Shown piece by piece: positions 45,190 to 63,439 of a stretch of 64,000 nt of DNA. The position numbers and the translations under genes are program-made. The notes under the pieces are model-generated. The model saw only the letters and a list, made by a program, of their open reading frames with translations. It was not told the origin of the DNA and ran no database searches. Each line of letters starts with the position of its first letter. Position 1 is the first letter of the stretch. Source of the DNA: Eledone cirrhosa. Taxonomy: Eukaryota. Location: the NCBI GenBank assembly GCA_964016885.1, contig CAXHJY010001017.1, positions 1 to 64,000 of the forward strand, in the 5' to 3' direction.

Positions 45190-45483
45190 AGTAAAGATAT
45201 GCATATGCTATAAGCGTTCTTTGTTATTTATTTATTATATATATACATATATATATATATGCATATATATACATATAAATATATATATATATATATATGC
45301 ATATATATATATATGCATATATATACATATATATATATATATGCATATATATATATATATATATGCATATATATATATATATATATGCATATATATATAT
45401 ATATGCATATATATACATATATATATATATGCATATATATACATATATATATATATATACATATATATATGCATATATATACA

Positions 45484-45525
<42 letters not shown>

Positions 45526-45599
45526 CATATATATATGCATATATATACATATATATATATATATACATATATATATGCATATATATACATATATATATA

Positions 45600-45680
<81 letters not shown>

Positions 45681-46123
45681 TGAGGACGGAGTTCGTTGCT
45701 GCTGCCCTTAGGTTACCTTCATTCCGTACTGTGGGTTCCTCAGGGAACTTGGGCAGCAGAGGGTCAATCAACAACGTGTCATTATATTGGTGGCTTTGTA
45801 TAAAGTACCAGTAATGCACTGGGTAATTGCTGGCCTTGTGCCTAAAGTAGAAACAATTATATTGGTGGCTTTGTTACCAAAGTTAGAATAGTAGAAACAA
45901 TTGTAACTCGGACTCCATTATCTATTTGACGAGTTCTTCCACCCCCTCCCACCACCCACTACACATACATCCTCTACCTCCCACCCCACCCCCCTCCCAC
46001 CACCCTCTACACATACATCCTCTACCTCCCACCGCCACCCACCTCCCACCATCCTCTAATTGTCCTGTTGTTGGCACTGCAGTAGATTCTGTTGTTCAGT
46101 TCTGTGATGTGGTCTTTAGTAAT

Positions 46124-46124
<1 letters not shown>

Positions 46125-46193
<69 letters not shown>

Positions 46194-46210
46194 TCATGTA
46201 TGTATGTATC

Positions 46211-46261
<51 letters not shown>

Positions 46262-46370
46262 ATTTATATATATATATTTATATATATATATTTATATATA
46301 TATATATTTATATATATATATATTTATATATATATATATTTATATATATATATTTATATATATATATATT

Positions 46371-46457
<87 letters not shown>

Positions 46458-46565
46458 TATATATATATATTTATGTATATATATATATATATATATATAT
46501 ACTATATATATATATATTTATGTATATATATATATATATATATATATACTATATATATATATATT

Positions 46566-46649
<84 letters not shown>

Positions 46650-46665
46650 TATATATATATATATT

Positions 46666-46700
<35 letters not shown>

Positions 46701-46797
46701 TATATATATATATTTATGTATATATATATGTATATATATATATATATATATATACTATATATATATATATATATATATTTATGTATATATATATATA

Positions 46798-46835
<38 letters not shown>

Positions 46836-46893
46836 GTATATATATATATACTATATATATATATATATATATATTTATGTATATATATATATA

Positions 46894-46931
<38 letters not shown>

Positions 46932-47094
46932 TTATGTATATATATATATATACTATATATATATATATATATTTATATTTATGTATATATATATATATAC
47001 TATATATATATATATATATTTATATTTATGTATATATATATATATACTATATATATATATATATATTTATATTTATGTATATATATATATATAC

Positions 47095-47149
<55 letters not shown>

Positions 47150-47171
47150 TATATATATATATATATATATT

Positions 47172-47206
<35 letters not shown>

Positions 47207-47352
47207 GTATATATATATATATATATATATACTATATATATATATATTTATGTATATATATATATATATATATATTTATGTATATATATTTATGTATATA
47301 TATATATACATAAATATATATATTTATATATATATATATTCATGTATGTATT

Positions 47353-47400
<48 letters not shown>

Positions 47401-47424
47401 TATATACTCATGTATGTATGTATC

Positions 47425-47458
<34 letters not shown>

Positions 47459-47478
47459 ATTATATGTATATATTTATG

Positions 47479-47510
<32 letters not shown>

Positions 47511-48167
47511 TATATATATTATATATATATGTATATAAATATATATATATATTTATGTATATATTATATATATATATGTGTATATATATATATTTATGTA
47601 AAATATATATATGTATATGTATATATATATTTAGGTATATATATATTTATGTATATATTATATATATATGTGTATATATATATATTTATGTATAATATAT
47701 ATATGTATATGTATATATATATTTATGTATATATATTTATGTATATATATATTTATGTATATATATATTTATATATATATTTATGTATATATATATTTAT
47801 ATATATATATTTATGTATATATATATTTATGTATATATATATATATATATATTTATGCATATATATATATATTTATTTATGTATATATATATATATTTAT
47901 GTATGTATATATATATATATTTATGTATATAACTATCTCTATATATTTATGTATATATCTATATATATATCTATATATATCTTTATCTCTCTCTCTCTCT
48001 CTCTATCTATATATATATATTTATGTATATATATATATATATATTTATGTATATATATATATATATTTATGTATATATATATATATTTATGTATGTATAT
48101 ATATATATATTTATGTATATAACTATCTCTATATATTTATGTATATAACTATCTCTATATATTTATG

Positions 48168-48260
<93 letters not shown>
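46125..48260. repeat. Compound (TA)n satellite
   Basis: TA runs with recurring TTTATG and TACTA interruptions. Confidence 0.95.
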
Positions 48261-48262
<2 letters not shown>

Positions 48263-48352
48263 TCTTTGTTTGGTTTAAGAAGCTACAGTATGTTTCTATT
48301 GAACGTTATAATTAAACGAAACTCTCTCATCTACGGTGCTATACATACACAC

Positions 48353-48412
<60 letters not shown>

Positions 48413-48466
48413 ACACACACACACACACCAACACACACACACACATATTTATATATATAGAGAGAG

Positions 48467-48571
48467 AGGGTGTCCGAAAATATGTATACACACTTCAACA
48501 AACAGCCTTCTAATAAATATAACCTGTATAGGTAATCAAGGTGTGTATACATTTTTGGGGAGGACACCCTG
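48467..48571. mobile_element. Tc1/mariner-type MITE (~105 bp)
   Basis: AGGGTGTCCGAAAATATGTATACAC / GTGTATACATTTTTGGGGAGGACACCCTG-TA. Confidence 0.65.
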
Positions 48572-48610
48572 TATATATAACTGCGTGTGTGTGTGGCTGT
48601 ATTTATGTTT

Positions 48611-48647
<37 letters not shown>

Positions 48648-48656
<9 letters not shown>

Positions 48657-48963
48657 AGAACAAAAGATGGTTAAAAGAGTTCCATGTATTTTATTATGCG
48701 CATTTCAAAAACAAATATCATCATGCAATAATATTTGTGTTTTCATCAGATAAAACAGGAAGACATGATATGAAGGTTAAAAAACACTTGTGGATTGTTT
48801 AGTTTTAAATCAACATATTTGAAATGCGCATAATAAAATACATGGAACTCTTTTAACCATCTTTTGTTCTTATATATTATGTATACTCCAGTCCTACAAA
48901 CTGTAGAGTGCTTCTTATCCGATATCTGCATTGCTTTATTGTACTACAATAAAACTCACCTCC

Positions 48964-48966
<3 letters not shown>
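48648..48966. mobile_element. Family C fold-back PLE remnant, HHR at 48687-48757 (-)
   Basis: A tail-less arm is inverted against a tail-bearing arm. Confidence 0.85.
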
Positions 48967-49000
<34 letters not shown>

Positions 49001-49464
49001 GTATATATCCATACGTACATACACACACACACGGTTTACTTTTTCTTCTTCCTTACCATATCTGCTTTTGTCTCTCCTTTGTCCTTCAATTGAGTGGGTT
49101 TGTCTTTTCTTGTTTCTTTTAGTTCTTATCGTATTACAAGATAAGAATGTTCGTTTCTTTTATTATCTGACATTAACTGCGATGTTTGTCATCGTCCCAG
49201 TTGTTTTGCTACCTTGGCAGAGTAGTTTTTACCTGAAGTTCCAAAGTGTAACATGAATAAAGTAAAAAAAAAAACAAAAAAACAAACGGCTCTTTTAGTC
49301 CACCATTGAAACTGAGACAATAGTAGCTCCGCAAACAACAATATCACCACCACCACCACCACCACACCACCACCACCACCACCACCACCACCTGTGACAA
49401 TACCTATAATAGTATCAACATCACTAATAACACCACCAATAACAACACCACCGCCGGCAACAAC

Positions 49465-49600
49465 ATGGCTTAGTGGTTAGAGCATTGGGCTTGCAATCGA
49501 AAGGTTGAGAGTTCAATTCTCGGACCGGGTGATGTGTTGTTTCCTTGAGCGAGACACTTTATTTCACATTGCTCCAGTTTACTCAGCTGTAGAAATGAGA
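49465..49600 (+). mobile_element. S2 CORE-type SINE 5' part
   Basis: TGGCTTAGTGGTTAGAGC A box, GAGTTCAATTC B box and CCTTGAGCGAGACACTTTATTTCAC core. Confidence 0.8.
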
Positions 49601-50150
49601 TGATAGGGACTGGGGTCCCTATCATTAAATCACCCAAGACACCTCCAACGAGATATACCTTGGGAGAGGCCAGCTAAAGCCACCACCACCACCATAGCCA
49701 CCACCACCACCACCAAAGCCACCACCACCATAGCCACCACCACCACCGCCACCAATAACAACTACAATAGCACCAATGCCACTAATAACACCACCATCAA
49801 CAACAACAACAATACTAAAGCTAACACCACCAACACGACCAAAAACAAGACAAACACTAACACCACCACCACCACCACTACCACCACCACTACCACCACC
49901 ACCACCACCACCACCACCACCATCCAAGGGGAAATGACTACCAAAACCAGAACACCTCCACCACACCACCAACACCACCAACACCACCACCACCAACTAC
50001 AACAACAACAAGAGGAAATGACTTAGAAAACACCACTAACAAAACCAGAACACCACCACCACCACCTCCAGCAACACCACCAACACCACCACCACCAACT
50101 ACAACAAGAGGAAATGACTTAGAAAACACCACTACCAAAACCAGACCACC

Positions 50151-50182
<32 letters not shown>

Positions 50183-50390
50183 CAACAATAATATTGACTG
50201 AGAAACCATTTCACCCGAGGATTGAACGAACCTAAAGGTTGTGATGTATTCTCACCGGAGACCAATTATTGTGGTTCCGTTTACAAAAGACTTTCTCAGT
50301 TAGACATCAAGTAATATGGACAAAGGCTGCAGAATTACACGACACATTGTATCCGGTACGGAATACACAGCCATATTAGATACACTACTG

Positions 50391-50935
50391 AGGGCGGTGG
50401 TTTGGCAGTATCGGTAGAGAGGCGGACACCATGATTTGCAGCATAGTTACGGCCCTTTATGGTCCGAGTTCAAATCCCGCCGAGGTTAACTTTGTCTTTC
50501 ATCCTTACGGGGTCGATAAAATAAAGTACCAGTAATGAACTGGCGTCGATTTAATCGACTTTCCCCTCCCACAAAATTACTGGCCTTGTGCCTATGTAAG
50601 AAACCATTATTTTATTATCACAGGGCAGTGGATTGGCAGTATCGGTAGAGGGTCGGACGCCATGCTTTGACGCATAGAGTTACGGTCCTTGCCATTCTAA
50701 GTTCAAATCCCGCCGAGGTTAACTTTGCCTTTCATCCTTAAGGGGTCGATAGAATAAAGTACCAGTAATGCAGTGGGTAATTGTTGGCCTTGTGCCTAAA
50801 GTAGAAACAATTATTATTGAGTTCAAATCCCGCCGAGGTTAACTTTGCCTTTCATCCTTACGGGGTCGATAAAATAAAGTACCAGTAATGCACTGGGTAA
50901 TTGCTGGCCTTGTGCTAAAAGTAGAAACAATTATT
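50391..50935 (+). mobile_element. Tandem array of 3 S1 SINEs
   Basis: GGCGGTGGTTTGGCAGTATCGGTAGAG ... GAGTTCAAATCCCGCC ... core. The third unit starts at the B box. Confidence 0.88.
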
Positions 50936-51468
50936 TTATTAACACCATCACATGAACCAACACAAATTCTCTAATTTCACAAAAAAAAAATATATATACA
51001 TAAGAAGCATTGCAGAGTTGTCATAAATCTACAAAATCTCTCAGAAAGTGATATGACACTATCGAAATTAAAAATTATTTTACGACACCGTTCAACACGA
51101 GCTATGTCAGACGTTCGTAGGTATGAATTCACACAACATATCACAATATATTTCAATATACTTCCATATGAAACAAAAATGAAATGACATATAATAAATC
51201 TTGTGATGTATTATAGAAGATAATATAGAATCTGGCAGATTATATTTTGAGTAGAAAACATCGAGTTTTGTATTTTTACTGACTGTCACCAAATATTTTC
51301 AGAGAATATAGGATAGTTTATAGTAATAATACTTGGTGTTGAATACTTTAGCACATTTCCTATGTGTGTGTGTATATATATATATATATGTATGTATATT
51401 TGAGTGTGTGTATATATGTGAGCACCCCTACAGATATATACGCAAACGTATAAATATATATACATACA

Positions 51469-51525
<57 letters not shown>

Positions 51526-51581
51526 ATGTATGTATGTATATATCTATACAGTATATAAATTTATTATTATTACTATATATG

Positions 51582-51698
<117 letters not shown>

Positions 51699-51802
51699 AC
51701 ATCTGTACACACCCACACACATATATATATATATACATGTAGATGTACATATATGGACATGTTTGTAAATCTATTTGTATAGGTATATGTATATATGAAT
51801 AT

Positions 51803-51839
<37 letters not shown>

Positions 51840-51892
51840 ACAGTGGTATATATATATATGTGTATATTATACATATATACACACACACACAG

Positions 51893-51931
<39 letters not shown>

Positions 51932-51968
51932 ACAGTGGTATATTATACATATATACACACACACACAG

Positions 51969-52057
<89 letters not shown>

Positions 52058-52213
52058 ACAGTGGTATATTATACATATATACACACACACACAGACATAT
52101 ATATATATAATCTCGACACCTGCATTTTAATAAAATAATTTAAATAATTTCAGTTAAGATCAACAACGAAATGTAGATGAGAGACCTGGAATATTTGCTA
52201 ATCCTCTGCAAAA

Positions 52214-52860
52214 CACACCACCACCACACCACCTCCACCACCACACCAATACCACATCACAACCGCCACCACCACCACCACCACACCAATACCACACCAA
52301 TACCAGCACCACACCACCACTACCACCTCCACCATCTCCACCACCACCTCCACCGTCGCCACCACCACCACCACCTCCACCACTACCACCTCCACCACCA
52401 CCACCTCCACTACCACCACCGCCGCCACCACCACCACCTCCACCACCACACCAATACCACATCACAACCGCCACCACCGCCACTACCACCACCACCACAC
52501 CAATACCACACCAATAATACCACCACACCAATACCAGCACCACACCACCACTACCACCTCCACCATCTCCATCACCACCTCCACTACCACCACCGTCGCC
52601 GCCACCACCACCACCACCACCTCCACCACCACCACCTCCACTACCACCACCACCACACCAATACCACATCACAACCGCCACCACCGCCACTACCACCACC
52701 ACCACACCAATACCACACCAATAATACCACCACACCAATACCAGCACCACACCACCACTACCATCTCCACCATTTCCATCACCACCTCCACTACCACCAC
52801 CGTCGCCGCCACCACCACCACCTCCACCACCACCACCTCCACCACCACCACCACCACCAA
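52214..52860. repeat. (CAC)n-derived repeat with ~210-bp internal duplications
   Basis: CACACCAATACCACATCACAACCGCC recurs at ~52242, ~52447 and ~52653. Confidence 0.9.
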
Positions 52861-53058
52861 TGATAACTATGATATCGTGAGACTATAAATAAAAGACAAT
52901 TAGATAAAAATTACTTTTCTCACTTTTGAAATAGGAAAATAAAACTATTCCTCCATCTTACACTGACAGATGCCAATGATATTTCTGACATACAAACTAT
53001 TCTGTCTCTGTCTGTCTGTCTGTCAATCTGTCTGTGTGTCCCTCTTGTCGGCCTCTCA

Positions 53059-53100
<42 letters not shown>

Positions 53101-53538
53101 CATTTCTACACGCTGTTGCTTGCCTGATTTTAATTCCCCTCCGGCATTCTAGCAGTGAGTTTGGTTAGTGTGTTGAGCACTACTGAAGATCGATTCCAAC
53201 CAAAACTAATCCCACTGAAAAGTTTCGTGAAATAGTCTTTTAAGACTATATAGTGCATTTATAGTTTTCCCCAAATTGACGGTTTAGTATTTCTTCTTGA
53301 TTATATTTTGAATTAAGATTATACTGCTTTTCTCCCACCTTACACAAAGTCTGAGGATAAAGTTTTTCTTCTTGATTTGTTTTAAATTAAGATTGTATTA
53401 CTTTTCGCTCATCTTACATTAAAATGTTGTTCATCTTGATGGCATAGTCACTTATATGTCTGAATTATTGTTGGCATTTTGCTTACATTAATTTATCTAT
53501 TTTCATATATATCTATTTTCAAAAGAAAATAATCCCCA

Positions 53539-53581
53539 GTCACTGAAGAGGTCACAGAACGTGTGACGAAAGAACTTTGAC
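53539..53581 (+). ncRNA. Minimal type I hammerhead ribozyme
   Basis: GTCA-CTGAAGA-g-GTCACA gaacg TGTGAC-GAAA-GAAC-TT-TGAC, then AATAAA. The element ends at ~53725 in (TA)n. Confidence 0.8.
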
Positions 53582-53720
53582 AATATATATTATAATAAAT
53601 TGAAGTGAAAGCAAATGGTGCTTGTGTTTCTTATTGGCAACATGACCCTCCCAAAGTATAACAATATCGGTTTCAACACACGTTTTCAGATAAAGAATCT
53701 TGCTAAACAAATTCAGAAAC

Positions 53721-53763
<43 letters not shown>

Positions 53764-54100
53764 CTATTTAATACATTAACAGAGAAAGCTTTAAGCAATA
53801 CTCCGACCGACTTCCGTCTCACTCAATAAACATTAGGATATACCTTAGTATAATCCCAATTATACGTTTGGGGTGCTAACTATACGTATTTTGCGGATAG
53901 CCAGTTGTATTATTTTATATGAGACATAATATATATATATATATATATATACCACCATATTTACTTGGACAGTCAGCTTCCTGATGATTTCGCACGAATG
54001 AAAGTTCTAGTCCTGTACAAGCTTTTCTATATTAAACATTTTATACTCTGCTATGTATTGAGTACCTGTGGTTACCTCCGTTTGAACGTGTGTGTATACA

Positions 54101-54132
<32 letters not shown>

Positions 54133-54171
54133 ACACTCACACTCACACACACACACACACACACACTCACA

Positions 54172-55655
<1,484 letters not shown>

Positions 55656-55703
55656 ATGAAATGACAGGAGGCTGGATTTGTGTAAATCCTTGAAAGGTTT
55701 ATT

Positions 55704-55761
55704 ATACTATGATCATTTCAATGACCGGGTTCCGTATGAATCCGGTGATATCATCAGGTAT
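55704..55761 (-). ncRNA. Minimal type I hammerhead ribozyme
   Basis: ATAC-CTGATGA-(ACCGG..CCGGT stem II)-GAAA-TGATCA-TA-GTAT-AATAAA. Confidence 0.8.
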
Positions 55762-55866
55762 TCGAAATATAATACGTGAATGTAATAGATAAAATCCATG
55801 GGGCTGAAAATGGAGGACCCGAGGGCGACCGCTATTCCGCTCCTTCAACCTCACCCGGTCGCCCTC

Positions 55867-56023
<157 letters not shown>

Positions 56024-56530
56024 GAGCCAGGACTCCGACGGCTGAGATCCGCCGGCCGATTCGACAGCTAGATCCGAACTAGCTGTCGAAACGGCCGGAG
56101 CTCAACATTATACACACTAGTCACACAGCAAACGTAACACTATACACACACGCAAACGCATGCGCAAAGAAGACAAAATAAAATAAATAAACAAACAAGC
56201 AAATAAATAAATAAATATATAGACAGACTGAATAAAAAATGGCGTAGACATACAACACAACAGGAGAAAAAATATAACGCCACTGACGATGTTGCAGATG
56301 TGCAACGAAAGATTTATGTAAATTATGTAAACTATATATATATATATGTGTTTGTGTCTATATTGTATCTGTATTATTTTTGACCGTCGGTCAGTCAATG
56401 GCAACATTGAGGACCGAGTAAGTTAGATCGCAGATATATATATATAAAAGACAGCGAGAAGCGAAAACCAACCAAACAGTGAGTGTGTTCTGTTATTAAT
56501 TCTGGCAATATTACACAAATATGACCCTCC

Positions 56531-56566
<36 letters not shown>

Positions 56567-57470
56567 GGCAAAATTAACCTTGGTAGGTTTTGAACTCATA
56601 TCGCATAAAGTCTGATCGAATATCGCAAAACATATGTCCCGTGCTCCAATGACTCTGTCAGTTCACCGCCGTCTCGCCTCTCCAGTCATTGAAGTCACAG
56701 AAATGGCTTAATATCATATTTTGTTTTCCGAGATCAAGTTTTTATGCGTTAAAAAATCTCGCTGGATTCAACTGTAGCTGTTATGCGTCCTAAGATCGAT
56801 AAAAGAAATCCAAGTCACGTATTGGGATATAATCTTACGACTAGACTTGGCAACAGTTCTGCTAATCCCCAAGCTTTGGACCGACCAATCAACGAACTAG
56901 CTAGCTAACCAGCCAGCCACCCAACCTCCTTATCTTCCTAAGACATCTATATCGTTATCGATTACTGGTCCTAAGCCAGATAAGGACAAGGATATTGACA
57001 ACACCTGTATGTGATTAGTAAAGTAATATACACAGAACTAACGGTGTATGTTAGTTAGTAGATCAAAATAGATAAATCTATAGTAAATAGCGACAACAAA
57101 AATACGAACCTTACTTGTGTCTAAACCACACGTATAGTGTTAGTACAGTGAGAATGTGTCGTAATAAATCTATCATGGTATTATTGGATGTCATTATATC
57201 ATATCATAGTAAATATTGATTTCGTTAACTAGAAATCTAGTGAAATAAACAAATATCACTTCAATCGATCTCCTTTGAAGGTGATTTATTAACCATACTC
57301 ACCTGAATTCACATTCGGTATTAACCACATATTAGGAGAGGAATTGGCAGTATCGATGGAGCGTTAGACAACATGCTTTATGGCAAAATGATACGGCCTT
57401 TTACAATCTGAGTTCAAATAAAGCCCCACTTTAATATTAGGGATCGATTTTCTCTCTCTCTCTCTCTCTA

Positions 57471-57561
<91 letters not shown>

Positions 57562-57562
<1 letters not shown>

Positions 57563-57745
57563 ATAATTGTTTCTACTTTAGGCACAAGGCCAGCAATTAC
57601 CCAGTGCATTACTGGTACTTTATTTTATCGACCCTGTTAGGATGAAAGGCAAAGTCAACCTCGGCGGGATTTGAACTCAGATCGTAAAGGGACGTAACTA
57701 TGCTGGAAAGCATGGCGTCCAACCCTCTACCAATACTACCAATCC
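57562..57745 (-). mobile_element. S1 SINE
   Basis: Full A box, B box, core and tail. Confidence 0.85.
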
Positions 57746-57764
57746 AAATATAATGGCCGCTAAC

Positions 57765-58048
57765 CGGAAGTGTTGACATTTGACGATGTAAAAAAAATAT
57801 ATTCTGGATGCAGTCCCCCACTCCCTTCTTTATTATAGTTAAGGTATCATAGTCACATGATTCTACATTGAGAGAAGTCAGAAATATTGCAGACCTTTGG
57901 AAGATAGGTATGCAGTAGAAACGCTCATAAAATTGTGAAAAATATTCAAGATGTAACATCAAAGATTTCTTAAGAGAATTGTTTTTGGAAATGTTAAAAT
58001 ATCTTCGGTGTTTTGTTTTCCAATTTAGACATGAAATTATTTCTTCTG
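57765..58048 (-). CDS. Candidate internal coding exon of an unidentified host gene
   Basis: 94 stop-free codons of non-repetitive sequence ([17 protein letters not shown]...HRQMSTLP) between AAACAG| and CCG|GTTAG. No recognisable domain. Confidence 0.35.
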
Positions 58049-58087
58049 CTGTTTAGATGGTGTACTATTTATTACACACGCATGTCG

Positions 58088-58125
<38 letters not shown>

Positions 58126-58279
58126 GGTGTGTGTGTGATGGTCTCTGTGTGTGTGTGTGCGCATTGGTGTGTGTGTATGTATATATGTGTGTTGGTGTGT
58201 GTGTGTGTGTGTGTGTTGGTGTGTGTTGGTGTTAGTGTGTGTGTATGTGTGTGATGGTCTGTGTGTGTGTGTGCGCGTT

Positions 58280-58317
<38 letters not shown>

Positions 58318-58811
58318 TTGGTGTGTGTGTGTTGGTGTGTGTTGGTGTGTGTGTGTGTGTGTGTATTGGTGTGTGTGTGTGTGTGTATGTATTAAAATGT
58401 GTACATATATATAAATGTGTGTACATAAATCTGTGTATATATATATAGATATATATACATAATATATATATAATGTGTATATATATATATATATACATAT
58501 ACGAGACACTAAACATGTGTTGCTATTATAACTGGCAGCTAATTTAAAGACAACAACAACAACAACAATAACAATAATAATAATAATAATAATAATAACA
58601 ATGTGAAGTGAAACTATTGGTATTTCATATTAAAAAGTTCTGTGAAAGTGAAATGAATGGGGAATTATTCGAACACTCCTTGGTAATAGCAATAGCTACA
58701 TGATGATGATGATGGCGATGATGATGATGAAATATTATTTGAAGATGCGAAATCATGTAATAATAATGCTTTCTTTATTAACCACAAGGGTTGACACAAA
58801 GTATAACATTA

Positions 58812-60402
58812 AGGACAACACAGGACAATACAGGACAGCACAGAACAATACAGGACAATACAGGACAACACAGGACAGCACAGGACAATACAGGACAATA
58901 CAGGACAATACAGGACAATACAGGGCGGTACAGGACAATACAGGACAATACAGGACAACACAGGACGGTACAGGACAATACAGGACAATACAGGACAATA
59001 CAGGACAGCACAGGACAATACAGGACAGCACAGGACAATACAGGACAATACAGGACGGTACAGGACAATACAGGACAATACAGGACGGTACAGGACAATA
59101 CAGGACAATACAGGACAATACAGGACAATACAGGACGGTACAGGACAATACAGGACAACACAGGACGGTACAGGACAATACAGGACAATACAGGACAACA
59201 CAGGACAACACAGGACAATACAGGACGGTACAGGACAATACAGGACAATACAGGACAATACAGGACAATACAGGACGGTACAGGACAATACAGGACAACA
59301 CAGGACGGTACAGGACAATACAGGACAATACAGGACAACACAGGACAACACAGGACAATACAGGACGGTACAGGACAATACAGGACAATACAGGACAATA
59401 CAGGACAATACAGGACGGTACAGGACAATACAGGACAACACAGGACGGTACAGGACAATACAGGACGGTACAGGACAATACAGGACAGTACAGGACAACA
59501 CAGGACAGTACAGGACAACACAGGACAATACAGGACGGTACAGGACAATACAGGACGGTACAGGACAATACAGGACAGTACAGGACAATACAGGACAACA
59601 CAGGACGGTACAGGACAATACAGGACAATACAGGACAACACAGGACAACACAGGACAATACAGGACGGTACAGGACAATACAGGACAATACAGGACAATA
59701 CAGGACAATACAGGACGGTACAGGACAATACAGGACAATACAGGACGGTACAGGACAATACAGGACAATACAGGACAACACAGGACAACACAGGACAATA
59801 CAGGACAATACAGGACGGTACAGGACAATACAGGACAATACAGGACAGTACAGGACGGTACAGGACAATACAGGACAGTACAGGACAATACAGGACAACA
59901 CAGGACGGTACAGGACAATACAGGACAATACAGGACAACACAGGACAACACAGGACAATACAGGACGGTACAGGACAATACAGGACAACACAGGACAACA
60001 CAGGACAATACAGGACAATACAGGACAATACAGGACGGTACAGGACAATACAGGACAATACAGGACAATACAGGACGGTACAGGACAATACAGGACAATA
60101 CAGGACAACACAGGACAATACAGGACAATACAGGACGGTACAGGACAATACAGGACAATACAGGACAACACAGGACAACACAGGACAATACAGGACAATA
60201 CAGGACGGTACAGGACAATACAGGACAGTACAGGACAACACAGGACAGTACAGGACAATACAGGACAATACAGGACAATACAGGACAACACAGGACAATA
60301 CAGGACGGTACAGGACAACACAGGACAATACAGGACAATACAGGACAACACAGGACAATATAGGGCGGTACAGGACAATACAGGACAATAGAGGACAATA
60401 CA
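58812..60402. repeat. 10-bp satellite (CAGGACAATA)n, ~159 units
   Basis: Constant CAGGAC plus variable AATA/AACA/GGTA/AGTA/AGCA, with no indels. Confidence 0.98.
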
Positions 60403-60799
60403 GACTTCCGACGTACACTCGTGGAGAAAGCTCACAAAAAAAATTACGATTACCCTGACCACCTGGGTAATGCCCCTCCCAGTTTTCCACCTCCAATTTA
60501 CAGGCGTATACTCAGAGCAGGCCTATTCACTCGGGTCATGCTTGCCTCTTTCACCCATCTTTGAACAAATTACTGGGAAGAGAGCACTTACCTAATAGTA
60601 ATAAAAAAGAAATAGTATTTGAAGATACGCATCGTGTAAAAGAATCAGTACAATACATCGATTAGGCCAAAACTGGCCAACTTGACAATGTATTGAGTTA
60701 AAAGATTAGCAATGATGGTTTCAAATATGGCTGAAGGAGGCGAAGGAGGTGTTTTAGTTCTTTAGTTCTAGATTTTGGCAGAAAAATCAACAAGGGGAA

Positions 60800-60992
60800 A
60801 TAATTGTTTCTACTTTTGGCACAAGGCCAGCAATAACCCAGTGCATTACTGGTACTGTATTTTATCGACCCCGTAAGGATGAAAGGCAAAGTTAACCTCG
60901 GCGGGATTTGAACTCAGAATGGCAAGGGCCGTAACTCTACGCGTCAAAGCATGGCGTCCGACCCTCTACCGATACTGCCAATCCATCGCCCA
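60800..60992 (-). mobile_element. S1 SINE
   Basis: Full-length copy. Confidence 0.88.
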
Positions 60993-61088
60993 AGGGGAAA
61001 TAATGCGAGAGAAGAATATATTATTGTGATGATATAGAGACTAGCTTAATAGCTTAACGCTTGTTAGTGGAGGAAGAATCATCTCAAC

Positions 61089-62760
<1,672 letters not shown>

Positions 62761-62877
62761 ATATATATGTCTGTATATATATATGTGTGTGTGTATATAT
62801 ATGTCTGTATATATATATGTGTGTGTGTATATATATGTGTGTATATATATATATGTATATATATATGTATATATATG

Positions 62878-62916
<39 letters not shown>

Positions 62917-62917
62917 G

Positions 62918-63037
62918 AAGGCGTGTGGCTGAGTGGTTAGAGAATTGGATTCGCAATCGTAAGGTTGTGAGTTCGATTCCTGGACCAGGCGATGGCGTTA
63001 TGTCCTTGAGCAAGACACTTTATTTCACGTTGCTCCT
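62918..63037 (+). mobile_element. S2 CORE-type SINE, 3' truncated by another repeat (63040-63135 = reverse complement of ~17774-17871)
   Basis: TGGCTGAGTGGTTAGAG, GAGTTCGATTCC and TCCTTGAGCAAGACACTTTATTTCAC. Confidence 0.82.
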
Positions 63038-63234
63038 TCTACCTGGAGTTGCGACCGATAGATAGTATTAGCAATTGGAAAGACCAACGGAAACATTGTT
63101 CCCTCGGTCCGATTTGACGAAAGTCGATCGTTCCTATATATATGTATGTATATATGTATGTGTATATAAATATATATGTATGTATATATGTATGTATGTA
63201 TATATGTATGTGTATATATATGTATGTATATATG

Positions 63235-63270
<36 letters not shown>

Positions 63271-63439
63271 CACATACATATATTTATTGTGTGTGTCTAA
63301 ATTTTATGTATGTATATACACGTATATATATATACATATATATGTGTATGAATGTATATATATATATGTATATATAAATATGTATGTGTATGCATATTAT
63401 ATGTATATATATAATGTATGTGTGTGTGTGTGTTTATAC

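Noticed and set aside
51000-51292. Short open frames on both strands near 51.0-51.3 kb and 50.2-50.4 kb
   Set aside because: Strand and splice phase are ambiguous, and there is no recognisable homology.
53981-54013. HHR-like CTGATGA..GAAA (also 33501-33535 and 13783-13836)
   Set aside because: Stem I and/or stem II do not pair convincingly, so at best decayed copies and not called.
58700-60496. 529-572-aa repetitive ORFs (QDNTGQYRTI / CPVLSCIVLY)
   Set aside because: The 10-bp unit lacks stop codons, so frames on both strands are open. No evidence of coding.
62918-62990. Possible tRNA genes (also 49465 and 50391)
   Set aside because: A/B boxes run directly into SINE cores, with no proper acceptor stem or terminator.
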